Source: the human T2T-CHM13v2.0 reference genome, Homo sapiens
Strand: one strand, 5' to 3'
Assembly (NCBI RefSeq): GCF_009914755.1
Contig: NC_060927.1
Length of the DNA stretch: 64,000 nt
In this document: positions 14,616 through 26,324 of the stretch, in pieces
How positions within the stretch are numbered: position 1 is the stretch's first letter
Layout: each line of letters begins with the position of its first letter
Translations under genes and position numbers: made by a program
The notes under the pieces: generated by a model
The model's input: only the letters and a program-made list of their open reading frames with translations
What the model was told of the DNA's origin: nothing
The model's database searches: none

Positions 14616-17114
14616 ATGGCGGGAGCAAGTTCTTGCTTATAAGTAATAGCATTGAATGTAAATGGACTAAACTTCCCCATCAAAAGACACAGAGTGGCTG
14701 ATTGTATTCAAAAAGACCCAACTCAAATCTTGCCATATACAAAAATCAAATCAAAATGGTTTATAGAAACACACTTTACCTGTAAGGACACACATGCTGA
14801 AAATAAAAGGATGGAAAAAGATATTATCTGCAAATGGTAACCATAAAAAGGCAGGAACAGCTATACTTACATCAGACAAAATAGATATCAAGACAAAAAC
14901 TATAAAAAGAGACAAAGAGGTCATTATACAATGATAAAGGAATAAATTTATGAAGAGGATACAACAATTGTAAATATATATGCATCCAACACTGGAACAC
15001 CCAGATATATAAAGCAAATATTCTAGAGCTAAAGAGAGAGATAGACCCTAATACAATAGCCGCTAGAGACTTCAACATCCCACTGTCTGCATTGGACAGA
15101 TCATCAAAACAAAGGATCAACAAAGAAACATCAGACTTAATCTGCACTACAGACCAAATGGACCTAATAGATATTTACAGAGAATTTCATCCAGTTGCTG
15201 CAGAATACACATTCTTACCAGCATATGAATCATTCTTAAGGATAGACCATATGTTAGGCCATAAAACAAGTCTTAAAACATCCAGAAAAAAAAGAAAGAA
15301 TTTCAAGTATCTTCTCTGACCACCATGAATAAAACTAGAAATCAATAGCAAGCGGAAGTTTGAGAACTATACAAATGAGTGAAAATTAAACAATATGCTC
15401 TGAGTGACAACGGAGTGAATGAAGAGATTAATAAGTAAATTGAAAAATTTCTTGAAACAAATGATAATAAGAACACAATATACCAAAACCTATGGGATAC
15501 AGTAAAAGCAACACTAAGGAGGAAGTTTATAAATGCCAACATCAGAAAAGCAGAAAAACTTCAAATATATAACCTGATAATGCACCTTAAAGTACAAGAA
15601 AAGAGCAAACCAAAGCCAAAGTTAGTAGAACAAAGAAATAAAGATCAGCATAGAAATAAATGAAATTGAAACAAAAAATACCGAAGACTACAAAATGAAA
15701 AGTTTTTTTGGATATATAAACAAAACTGACAAATCTTAGCCATATTAACTAAAAATAAATAAATAAAGAAGAGCCAAATAAATAAAATCAGAGATGAAAA
15801 AGACATTACAACCAATACTTCTGAAATTCAAAGGATTATCAGAGGCTACTATAAGCAACAGTAAGCCAATGAATTTGAAAACATACAAGAAATGGATTAA
15901 TTTCTAGACACATACAACCTACCAAGATTGTATGCAGTAGGTTGGTACTGGCATAAAAATAGACACACAGACCAATGGAACAGATACGGTCTAGAACAGA
16001 TTTGCCAAAACAATTCCATACATCTATAGTGAACCATTTTCAACAAAGGTGTCAAGAGCATATTACACTGGGAAAAGCACAATATCATCAGTAAATGGTG
16101 CTATGAAAAACTGGACACGCATATGCAGAAGAAAACAAAGCCCCTATCTCCTGCCCTACACAAAAATCAAATCAAAATGGATTATAGACTTAAATCTAAG
16201 ACCTCAAACCATGAAACTACTATAATAAAATATTGGGAAAACTCTTCCACACATTGGACTGGGCAAAGATTTCTTGAATAGTACACAGCAAGCATAGGCA
16301 TGCAAAGCAAAAACAGACAAATGGGATGACATCACGTTAACAAGCTTCTGCACAGCAAATGAAACAATCAACAAAGTGAAGAGACAATCAACAGAACAGG
16401 AGACAAAGGACTAATAACCAGAATCTGATAAAGGACAAATAACCAGAATATATAAAGAGCTCAAACAACTCTACAGGAATAAAATCTAGTAATCCAATTA
16501 AAAATGGGCAAAAGATGTGAAATAGACATTTCTTGAAAGAAGACATACAAATGGCAAACAGTGCTCCATATCATTGATCATCAGAGAAATGCAGATCCCA
16601 GCTACAATGAGATGTCACCTCACCCTAGTCAAAATAGCTTTGGTCCAAAAGATAGACAATAACAAATACTAGGGAGGATTGGAGAAAAGGGAACCCATGT
16701 ACACTGTGGATGGGAATGTAAATTAGTACAGCCAATATGAAGAAGAGTTTAAAGGTTCCTCTAAAAACTGAAAGTAGAAATACTATACGATGCAGCAATT
16801 CCACTGCTGGGCATGTACACAAAAGAAAAGAAATCAGTATAGCAAAGAGATATATAAAATAACATGCTGCTCACATTTATTGCAGCACTATTTATAATAG
16901 CCAATATTTGAAAACAATCTAAGTGTCCATCAAGACTCAAATGGAGAAAGAAAATGTGCTACATATACACAATGGAGAGCTATTTGGTCATAAAATATAT
17001 GAGATCCTGTCATTTGCAACAACATGGATGGAACTGGAGGTCTTTATGTTCAGTGGAATAAGCCAGACACAGGAAGAAAAACTCTTCATGTTCTCATTTA
17101 TTTGTGGGAGCTAA
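14616..17114 (+). pseudogene. L1 ORF2p relic (EN domain plus C-terminus, RT domain missing)
   Basis: NVNGLNFPIKRHRVAD, DRSSKQRINKET...RIDHMLGHK, SFATTWMELE; jump from YNLPRL to WYWHKNR at ~15930. Confidence 0.85.
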
Positions 17115-19038
17115 AAATTAAAACAACTGAACTCATGAACATAGAGAGTGGAAAGATGGTTACCAGAGGCTGGCAAGTGTGGGGTGGGTAGATGGGTGGG
17201 GGGTTAACCGAGTTGGTTAATGGGTACAAAAAATAGTTGGAAAAAAATGAATGTCTACAGTCAATAATAATTGTACATTGTAAATAAATAAAAGTATATA
17301 ATTATATTGTAACAAAAAGGATAAATGCTTGATGTAATGAATACCTCATTTCCCCTCATGTGATTATTACACATTATTTGCCCATATCAAAATATCTTAT
17401 GTACCCCATAAATATACACACCTATTATGTACCCACAAAAAGTAAAAATTAAAAAAAAATTTAAAAAATAATTATTCAATATGCACAATACTTTTCTAAA
17501 ATGTGTTATCAGCCATGTGATGAGGCATTGTCAGCAGTTTCCAAAATTTACAAGCTGGCAAAACTAAAGAGAGAATAGAATTGAGTCATAGTCCTTGATG
17601 CTGAAAAGGCTCCTAGAAAATCATGGAAGGCTTTGTAATGAGGTATCAGGGAATCTTTGTTGTCAGTTTTGTAATGTTTGTTGCCAGTTTATATTTCCAC
17701 TTGCAGATTCCAAGGTGATCCCCCACTTTATGAGACTATAAATATTAAGTGTCTCAGTCTTTGATATGGCCACCTGGAGTCACTGAAAATTGTATTACAG
17801 CACAGAACTGCAGGCCATAAAGGCATTCTGCTCCTCCGATTCATTCAGTAAGCCCATAATATTTACTCAAGGCACACTGTGAACAAAACATTGTGATATA
17901 TACATATCTCTGGAGAGTTACAAAAAGAGAGCAGATATGACACATTCCCTTGAATAGCTTAAACTTATAAAAAGAAAGCTTGTTACAGACATGTCACAAA
18001 TGTTCCTATTCATGTTTAGTCTTATAAATACAATTAAATAAGCTGTTAAAATAAACTTAATAGTGGAAAGTAATTAAAGTGAGTGGCGAATACAATAGGA
18101 GTTGATTCAACTGTAGAATCTATTAACACTTTGAAGGCATTCACATTTAGTAAAAACATTGTGTACATTTTATTATTAATGATTTTTAAGTCCTCTACCC
18201 TACATATGGTGTTGTGTTATTTATATTAGTGTATTTATATACTAAATATGGCTTAGGAAAAAAATATAAACATGAACTATAAGCAAACCACTTATTTTTG
18301 TTCCATGCACTGGTAAATTTTATTGCATTTTTCCAAGACTATTTATCATATATATTCATTTCATATGAAATACCTTTATTCTTTTACATTTATTTTTGAA
18401 AGCTTTAACAACAAATCATTACTGCTGATTCCACCAACATCCTTTAGGTACACTCATTTACTTGGCTTTCATTTATGATTTTAAAAGAACAATCATTTTT
18501 TTTTCACTTAGCTAAGCAATAATATAACCACATATACACAAAAGTCAACTCAGAATATATGTGGTGATTATAAGCTAACTGTATATTCAGCCTTATCTTT
18601 GACAGCATAAATAAGCATAAATATTAATTCTGGAAGACCGATTGTTTACCTTAGTAACGGGACACAGACAATTTCTTAATTTCTAGATATTGAAAACTTC
18701 TTTATTCAAAATTATATTCAGTTATATTTAATTAATAGTATTATATTCAATATCATATTTTGCCATGTACCGAGAGGTTTGAAATAAAAGAAACCTATAG
18801 GAAACTTAAGATGTAATTTCAAACCATTTATACCAGCCAAGTCCCAGGAAAAGATTGTGTGGAAGGCAAGTGAAAGAGTCATTGTATGATAACTGCACTG
18901 CTGTGCTTAACGCCCATTTAGAGAGCTGCATTAATAATCATGAAGATATAGCTTCAAATGTTAAACACATATCATTTTTACATTAATTAATACCTTACAT
19001 AACTAATGTCTCAACAGGGATTTTTTCTTCTATTTTAG

Positions 19039-19112
19039 ATAGCATGAAAAAATAATAAAATTTGAATGGTGGTTCTATACTTACGTCTTGGAAGGAAAAG
19101 AGGCAACCACAG
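19039..19112 (+). other. Candidate non-coding exon (74 nt)
   Basis: Branch-like AACTAAT ~19001-19007, acceptor TTTTTTCTTCTATTTTAG, donor CAG|GTGAGT; stops in all three frames. Confidence 0.3.
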
Positions 19113-19210
19113 GTGAGTTGAGAATTAGGCAAGTATAATTTTATTTAACACGAATCAGCTTAAGGACTTAGTTAAAATATATTTACTGACCATCTAAAGA
19201 ATCCATACAG
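19085..19210 (-). other. Candidate non-coding exon (126 nt)
   Basis: Minus strand acceptor TTTTGTTTTCTTTCAG and donor GAC|GTAAGT; stops in all three frames. Confidence 0.35.
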
Positions 19211-21929
19211 CTGAAAGAAAACAAAACGTGTATCTGAAAATACCATGCCAAGAAAGAAATGATTTGGGTCAAGAAAATATATAGTTCTTGATCTGAAAGA
19301 GTCTCCAATCCATTGGACTAAAAATGGATATAGATAAATATAAAATCAATACAAACAGGATGTTTCTGGCATTACATTTTTATTACACATCTTTCAGAAA
19401 TTATTTTCAATACATGAAAGGTTCCTTGGAGATTAATTAATCTCTCACCTACTAGCAAACCATTTCCCTCTACACCATTTACACTTTAGGTTCTAGCCAT
19501 ATGGAACAAGAGCTTGTTCCCTCACCACTCTGGATCCATGTACTTGAAAGCAGGCCAAAATATACTCTAAGTCAATGCACTGAATTACAAATTATCTAAA
19601 CATCAATTTCATCAAATGACTGATTCAGCAAAATAATACTAAGTATACATCCATAAACATAATATACTCACATGAGTGGTACTAAAAAATGATATTCCTT
19701 AAAACAAGTTTTGAAAATAGGCAGTTTGGCATATTGATCCTTTGGTGAGTTGTTCTCACTTGCTTTTCCAAGAAATCTTTTCTAAATTCTCCAAAACTCT
19801 TTTTATGGTACTTGTGCTTACCCAGCTGAAGAACTGATTTAAGTAGAAGGAGTGTGTTTGCAAAGTTATTCCTCAAGCTCAGGAGATTATAAATTTCTCA
19901 AAAGTGGGAACATAATAAGCATAAATAATATTTATAGTTATTATTATATCTGTAGTACATACCAGATACTTAATAAAGCAGTTGATGAATGAATGAATAT
20001 TCCTCAGTATTAACAATTACAGACTGGAAAAGCAAAAAATGTTCTGAATATGTCAGTAGCCACTTTTCTCATCCTAGTCTCCCATCTTTTCAAAAAATCT
20101 AGTTCCCTGAGCCCTCCTGAGTGGTCAGTAGATCACATAACCTCACTGCAGAGGTCACAGATCTCATTTGTGTTATGTGTGGTTAGCTGGTCCGAATAGA
20201 GACAATCAAATTATCTTACATGAGCATTTGGAATTTAGTTTCAGAGACTAGGCTCGGATTTCATTTGGATAGGTGAACCAGGAGATGATACCAAGAAAGG
20301 GCAACTGTATGTGTTCTTCCTGTATGTGTTGCAATAAATCAAGTCTATATAGAAAGAAAGAAAGAGTGCTGCCTTGGGGCAGAAAGAAACAGAGAGAAAG
20401 ACCAAGGGAGAGGGTAGGAAAACAGGAGGATAGTGGATGATGGTGGGGCAGAGAGTGAGAGAGGGCAAGAACAGTCCTGGTGGTACCTGACTGTCATATT
20501 TCTTGACTACACTCTGAGACTTTACTGAATTTCTTGTACTGCAGTGTATAAATTACCCGATATACTTCCAGTAAATTCCTTCGTCTTCCTTTTCCTATCT
20601 AAATCTAGTTTGACTATGTTTTTAATTCAACAATATGATTCCTGGCTTTGACAGAAGATGCCTAAGCAATGTGTTCCATCCAGATTTGTTTTTCTTTTCA
20701 GAATTTTCTCTGCCCTACAAATAATTTGGGGATATGTGACTATAATTCACAAATGGTAATCCTCTAAGATGTACTGCAATAGGGAAAGTGTAGTACTTTT
20801 GCAGCACCAGTATGTTTAGCTTTTTTCTTCACAAACCTCTGTTTTCTCCTTCAAATGTCAAAAAGTTGGGCAGTTTCTTGCCCAGTTATTCCCAGAAGAG
20901 TGCAAAGGACTGAGGAAGAGGGAGAAAAGACAGGTGGAAGAAGGAGGTGACCATCAAACGCTGCCTCATCCCACCTCCTTATCACAGCACAGTTTCTGCT
21001 GTACCCATCTATCAATCCTTGCTCCACATAAAGACAAAAACAACAGAGTCTCTGTGCCTGCACTTCTTCATGCCATCTTGCTATATTTCCATATGCATAT
21101 GTCTTTCTGCAATGGTTTCAAATTGAGAAGATTGGAGGGCAAAAGAAATTGATGAGCCCAGATCAAGTGGCTCTGATCCACCTGTTACAAAGTAATACAT
21201 TGTTGACCTTTTGGAAGCACGTTAGCAACGTTTCACTTAAGAGATTCTCTTCTCTTGGAATTAATATGTCTCTAAAATGTCAGGTTTTATTCCCTCATCA
21301 TTAAACAAATCAAGCTTAATGTGTTTCTCCTTTCAAGTGGCTATTTTAAATAAGTCAAAAAGGCCATTCCTAATGCCAATATAAAGATGATTTAGGTGGG
21401 AAAATGTAAAGGCAAATAAAAGCTCATCTTAGGGTTAGGTAAAGCATAAAGCCTGTTTTTAAAAAATAATTATAAAAAGAAATATTAGGACAGAGATAAT
21501 AGTATAGCTATAGTTAGCAAAGAACTATTTAAACTACAACATTCGCTTGTTATCTTATTTATGGCCTTTCTGAGAAGAAATTATTAAGTAATACTTAATT
21601 TCCAGACACTAATTTAAGATGCACAGCCAAATTGATAACCTTAACTAAGGAAAAAAAATCAATTGTATTAATTTAGAACCAATAGACTGTTTAAACATAA
21701 TGGTTAGAGTGCATTTATTTAGAGGTGGTGAATAAGATACTATTTTTTCTGGCTTCTGCTGAAATAAATGCAAGTTAATATGTGGAAGTTTATAAGTCAC
21801 ATTCAGTTTATAAATTTCCTTTTATATTAAAAGGACATTTTTTCAAAGAACAGACATAATTATTAGAAGTTTGTCATGTGACAATAGAATTGGAAAATTA
21901 TAATAATGTCATAGTTTGGCTTAGAAATA

Positions 21930-22135
21930 TAAGGGGGATTTGACAAATGCTTTCTCTCAAAGGACAGATAGGCTTTGTGGGCCACATACAGTCTCTGATG
22001 CATATTCTTCTGTTTTTGTTTTGTATTTTTTATATTTACAACCATTTAAAATGCTAAAAACAATTTGTATCTTACTGGTAGCACAAAAACAAGACATGGA
22101 CCAGATTTGACCATTGGGTTATAGTTTGTGGATCT
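21930..22135. mobile_element. MER58C-like hAT-Charlie MITE
   Basis: AGGCTTTGTGGGCCACATACAGTCTCTG...ACAACCATTTAAAATG...CCAGATTTGACC...TAGTTTG. Confidence 0.65.
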
Positions 22136-22780
22136 AAAGCAGAGTGATTGGATTGTCACATAAACAGATGTGATTTACTTCTAGAAATAGAATACTTCCA
22201 GTGGTATTCTCAGATTCGTGTCAACTTCTAATTAAAGAAATATTAGTTTATGTCCTATCACTACCAAAGCACAGGATAAACACTCTAGGTATCAGTATGA
22301 ATCAGTCTTAGATCCAGTATGCAAAGTTGAAAGCTTATTCTAATGTACCACTTAACTATAACACAAGTTAAAAAACCTCCTCATGTCAGTGATGTTGGCA
22401 TATTGTTCATTAAGTCACTATAACTCCAAAAGTTTGAGGACAAATTTTCCATGGACCAAATTCTGTTCCTCAGTAAGACATACTATCTCATCAGCACACC
22501 AGAAGCAAGAAGTCTCAGGAAGACTAACCATCAACTAAAATCATAAGAGACTAATTAAAATCCTAAGTCCCAAATGTTTACATCTTTGTGACATGTGTAT
22601 TCTCTCCTTCTTAAGGAGAGAATTTACACCAGAAGAAAATTTATAAAGCGAGCAATAAAATTTAGTTTATTGAGTCAGAATTTCCAATTAGTAAAGACCT
22701 ATTCATCACACATGGGGTACATTTGCCATAGGTTGGACAGTTCTGTGGGTCACAGTAACCCTGTCTTAGACAATGCTATG

Positions 22781-24725
22781 TGTTGCTGGAAGTCAGGGAC
22801 TTCGAACGGAGGGACTGGCTGAAGCCATGGCAGAAGAACATGGATTGTGAAGATTTCATGGACATTTATTAGTTCCTTAAATTAATACTTTTATAATTTC
22901 TTATGCCTGTCTTTACTGCAATCTCTGAACATAAATTGTGAAGATTTCATGGACACTTATCACTTCCTTAATCAATACCCTTGTGATTTCCTATGCCTGT
23001 CTTTACTTTAATCTTTTAGTCTTATTATCTGTAAGCTGAGGAGGATGTATGTCGCCTCAGGACCCTGTGATAATTGCATTAACTGCACAAATTGTTTGTA
23101 GGGCATGTGTGTTTGAACAATATGAAATCTGGGCACCTTGAAAAAAGAACAGGATAACAGCAATGTTCAGGGAACAAGAGAGATAACCTTAAACTCTGAC
23201 CGCCGCTGAGCCAGGCGGAACAGAGCCATATTTCTCTTCTTTCAAAAGCAAATAGGAGAAATACTGCTAAATTCTTTTTCTCAGCAAGGAACATTCCTGA
23301 GAAAGGGAATGCGTCCCTGAAGGTAGACCTCTAAAATGGCCGCTTCAGGGGGTGGCCATCTTTTATGGTCAAGCTGTATGGATGAAATAAGCCCCAGTCT
23401 CCCATAGCGCTCCCAGGCTTATTAGGACGAGGAAATTCCCACCTAATAAATTTTTGATCAGACCAGTTGTCTGCTCTCAAACCCTGTCTCCTGATAAGAT
23501 GTTATCAATGACAATGCATGCCCAAAACTTCATTAGCAATTTTAATTTTGCCCTGGTCCTGTGGTCCTGTAATCTCGCCCTGCCTCCATTTGCCTTGTGA
23601 TATTCTATTACCTTGTGAAGCACGTGATCTCTGTGACCCACACCCTATTTGTACACACCCTCCCCTTTTGAAAATGACTAATAAAACTTGCTGGTTTTAC
23701 GGCTCAGGGGGCATCACGGAACCTGCCGACATGTGATGTCTCCCCCAGACACCCAGCTTTACAATTTCTCTCTTTTGTACTCTGTCCCTTTATTTCTCAG
23801 ACCGGCTGACACTTAAGGAATATAGAAAAAAACCTACTTGAAATATCGGGGGTGACTTTTGCCTGATATCTAGCTGAATTTTCCCCAATATCTGGCGCCC
23901 ATGTGGTCTTTCTTAACTGCACAAATTGTTCGTACAGCATGCGTGTTTGAACAATACGAAATCTGGGCACCTTGAAAAAAGAGCAGGATAACAGCAATGT
24001 TCAAGGAACAAGAGAGATAACCTTAAACTCTGACCGCTGGTGAGCCAGGCAGAACAGAGCCATATTTCTCTTCTTTCAAAAGCAAATAGGAGAAATATCG
24101 CTGAATTCTTTTTCTCAGCAAGGAACATCCCTGAGAAAGAGAATGCATCCCTGAAGGTAGGCCTCTAAAATGGCTGCTTCAGGGGGCGGCCGTCTTTTAT
24201 GGTCGAGCTGTAAGGATGAAATAAGCCCCAGTCTCCCATAGTGCTCCCAGGCTTATTAGGACAAGGAAATTCCCGCCTAATAAATTTTTAGTCAGACTGG
24301 TTGTCTGCTCTCAAACCCTGTCTCCTGATAAGATGTTATCAATGAAAATACTTGCCCGAAACTTCATTAGCAATTTTAATTTTGCCCTGGTACTGTAGTC
24401 CTGTAATCTCGCCCTGCCTCCATTTGCCTTGTGATATTCTATTACCTTGTGAAGCATGTGATCTCTGTGACCCACACCCTATTTGTACACACCCTCCCCT
24501 TTTGAAAATGACTAATAAAAACTTGCTGGTTTTACGGCTCAAGGGGCATCACGGAACCTGCCGACATGTGATGTCTCCCCTAGACACCCAGCTTTACAAT
24601 TTCTCTCTTTTGTACTCTGTCCCTTTATTTCTCAGACCGGCCGACACTTAAGGAATATAGAAAAGAACGTATGTGAAATATCGGGGGTGAATTTCGTCCA
24701 ACATCTGGCTGAATTTCCCCCAATA
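22781..24725 (+). mobile_element. Collapsed HML-8 provirus: MER11 5'LTR (22781-23890), PBS, 5'-truncated 3'LTR (23913-24725)
   Basis: One 6-bp TSD GCTATG (22775-22780, 24726-24731) encloses both LTRs; 23913-24725 aligns to 23079-23890. Confidence 0.92.
23893..23910 (+). promoter_or_regulatory. Retroviral primer-binding site
   Basis: TGGCGCCCATGTGG two bases after the LTR end; resembles the tRNA-Lys-type PBS TGGCGCCCAACGTGGGGC. Confidence 0.8.
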
Positions 24726-25149
24726 GCTATGGAATTGCTCCCAGTTCTGCTCCTATGACTTTGCCATAGTCTGTGTTCCCAGGCAAAATATATCCCTACT
24801 GACTTCTTCTCCCTTTGTCTCCTCTGACTCACTTGTCTCTGTTAGTCCTTAAAATTTAGATTATTTCCTCTGAAACAGATATTTCAGGAAAATCTGACTT
24901 TGATCACTTTGTCTCTCCTTGCCAGAATATTTTTTCCTTATGTTAATAAAACATTTTTATACTCAAATTTTGTAACTTGATAAATGTTTTGATTTAAAAT
25001 TTTATAATTTCATGAATATAAATATTCAGTTTACAGCTTGGATCTCAGACTTTCATTGCAATCTTGTTAACAATACTACCATTATGGATAAATTGCTATG
25101 GGAACGCAGAAGACTGAAAGCCCCTTTCATTTTAATTTGTGGAATGTAC

Positions 25150-25420
25150 AGGAAACATTCCATGATGGCAGTGGTGCTGGAACTAGGTCTATTAAAATAA
25201 CTAGCGTTCTTCATGAAAGCTAAGAGTGAGGAGGTAGAGGTTTCAAGTAAAAGAAAATCTTAAGCATTGACCCAGACGTGAAAATACAAGGAAAACGTGG
25301 AGAAGAAGCAATATTTCGTTTTGATTTAAAAAGTTCATAAAAGGGATAAGTGTGAGGAATGAGTCAGGAGAGTAGATTGAGCTGTGTCATAGAGAAGATG
25401 GAATGTCATGTAGTAAAGTC
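25150..25420 (-). mobile_element. L2 fragment (continues after the MLT1 at ~25805-25924)
   Basis: Purine-rich reverse L2 text resuming as CCTATAGGTAAAAGAGAACCATTAAAGG. Confidence 0.5.
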
Positions 25421-25800
25421 TGCTTGCAGCTTACCAATATACCTCATCTTGTTCTAAGGCACTCGGAGGGACCACACTTGCGAATTTCCTTTGCAGTTAG
25501 AAGTGGCCATGTGACAGAGGTCTCGTCAATGAAAAATTATTGGCAGTGATGTGTGGCCACTCCCAGTCTTGCCCAAAAAAGCCTCCCATGCCTAATTCTT
25601 CATTTTATTTTGCCTTTTGTGGCCAATTTGAAAGTCATATGATGAAGATGAGTGAGCCACAAATCAACACTGGAGAGAGAAGTGCCTGCCAAGTAGAAGC
25701 ATCTGTCTTGAATTTTCATAAACAAAAAATAACATCTATTGCATTAAACATTTTAGATTTTGCTATGTATCTGTTGGAGCAGCTAGCATTACCTTAACAT
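25421..25800 (+). mobile_element. MaLR LTR (MLT1I/J-like)
   Basis: TTGCAGTTAGAAGTGGCCATGTGAC...CAATGAA...GTGATGTGTG; 3' end GCAGCTAGCATTACCTTAAC. Confidence 0.65.
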
Positions 25801-25929
25801 TTTGGCCTTAACCTATAGGTAAAAGAGAACCATTAAAGGACAGTGAATTTGCAAGAGAGGAAGAGACCAATTAGAGTACTATTCTAATATTCTGCAAGAG
25901 AATATACTCTTCCCACAAATTGGAATACA

Positions 25930-26185
25930 ACTTGATCAGCCTATTCTTTCTGACTTGCTCACTGCTTCTCACAGAAACCACAATAAACACTTTTGCCCAT
26001 GTTTTCCCTTCCCTTTTTCTGCTCCCTGACATGGGTGCCCCATCATGCGACCCTCTGTGGTGTGCCCTGCCTTCTGTTTCTAAGGAACTGTGAACACAAA
26101 CTTCTTCCTTCAAAGAAGGCATCTCCTTATCTGTTGGCCTCATCATACCTGATTAAAACAAAATTCCAAGTACATTTTAATACAG
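25930..26185 (+). mobile_element. ERVL LTR 3' part (MER54/73/74-like)
   Basis: CACAATAAAC...TTGCCCATGTTTTCCCTT...GGAACTGTGA...TTTAATACA. Confidence 0.55.
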
Positions 26186-26324
26186 AGGTGCACTTCACTC
26201 CAGTATGACCTCTTAATGAATTACCTCTACAATGACCCTATTTCCAAATAAGGTTATATTTTGAAGTACTGGATGTTGGGACTTTAACACATGAGCTTTT
26301 ATGGGATATAATTGAATCTGTAAC
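26186..26324 (-). mobile_element. MLT1A/B/C 5' fragment
   Basis: ATGACCCTATTTCCAAATAAGGTTATATTTTGAAGTACTGG...CTGTAACA. Confidence 0.7.

Larger units (their letters stand above)
11213..17468 (+). mobile_element. Near full-length L1 (L1MA1/2-type) with internal ORF2 deletion
   Basis: 5' start GGAGGCAGAGCAAGATGGCC, long repetitive 5'UTR, ORF1 and ORF2 relics, L1MA 3'UTR ending GTACCCACAAAAAGTAAAAATTAAAAAAAA. Confidence 0.92.

Noticed and set aside
18505-18580. Imperfect hairpin ACCACATATA...TATATGTGGT as a miRNA precursor
   Set aside because: Only a 10-bp AT-rich perfect stem with a ~19 nt loop, which is within chance for this composition.
19682-19876. 64-aa minus-strand ORF as a coding exon or pseudogene
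   Set aside because: No recognisable homology and no convincing flanking splice sites.
22845-23010. Direct repeats GAAGATTTCATGGACA and TATGCCTGTCTTTACT as a CRISPR-like or novel array
   Set aside because: They are intrinsic MER11 U3 duplications, also present in the 8956-10024 copy, with no repeat-spacer periodicity.
8979-24832. Recurrent ORF family (MFLAEKKN..., MPETSLAIL...) resembling paralogous genes
   Set aside because: These are chance frames within the three MER11 LTR copies.
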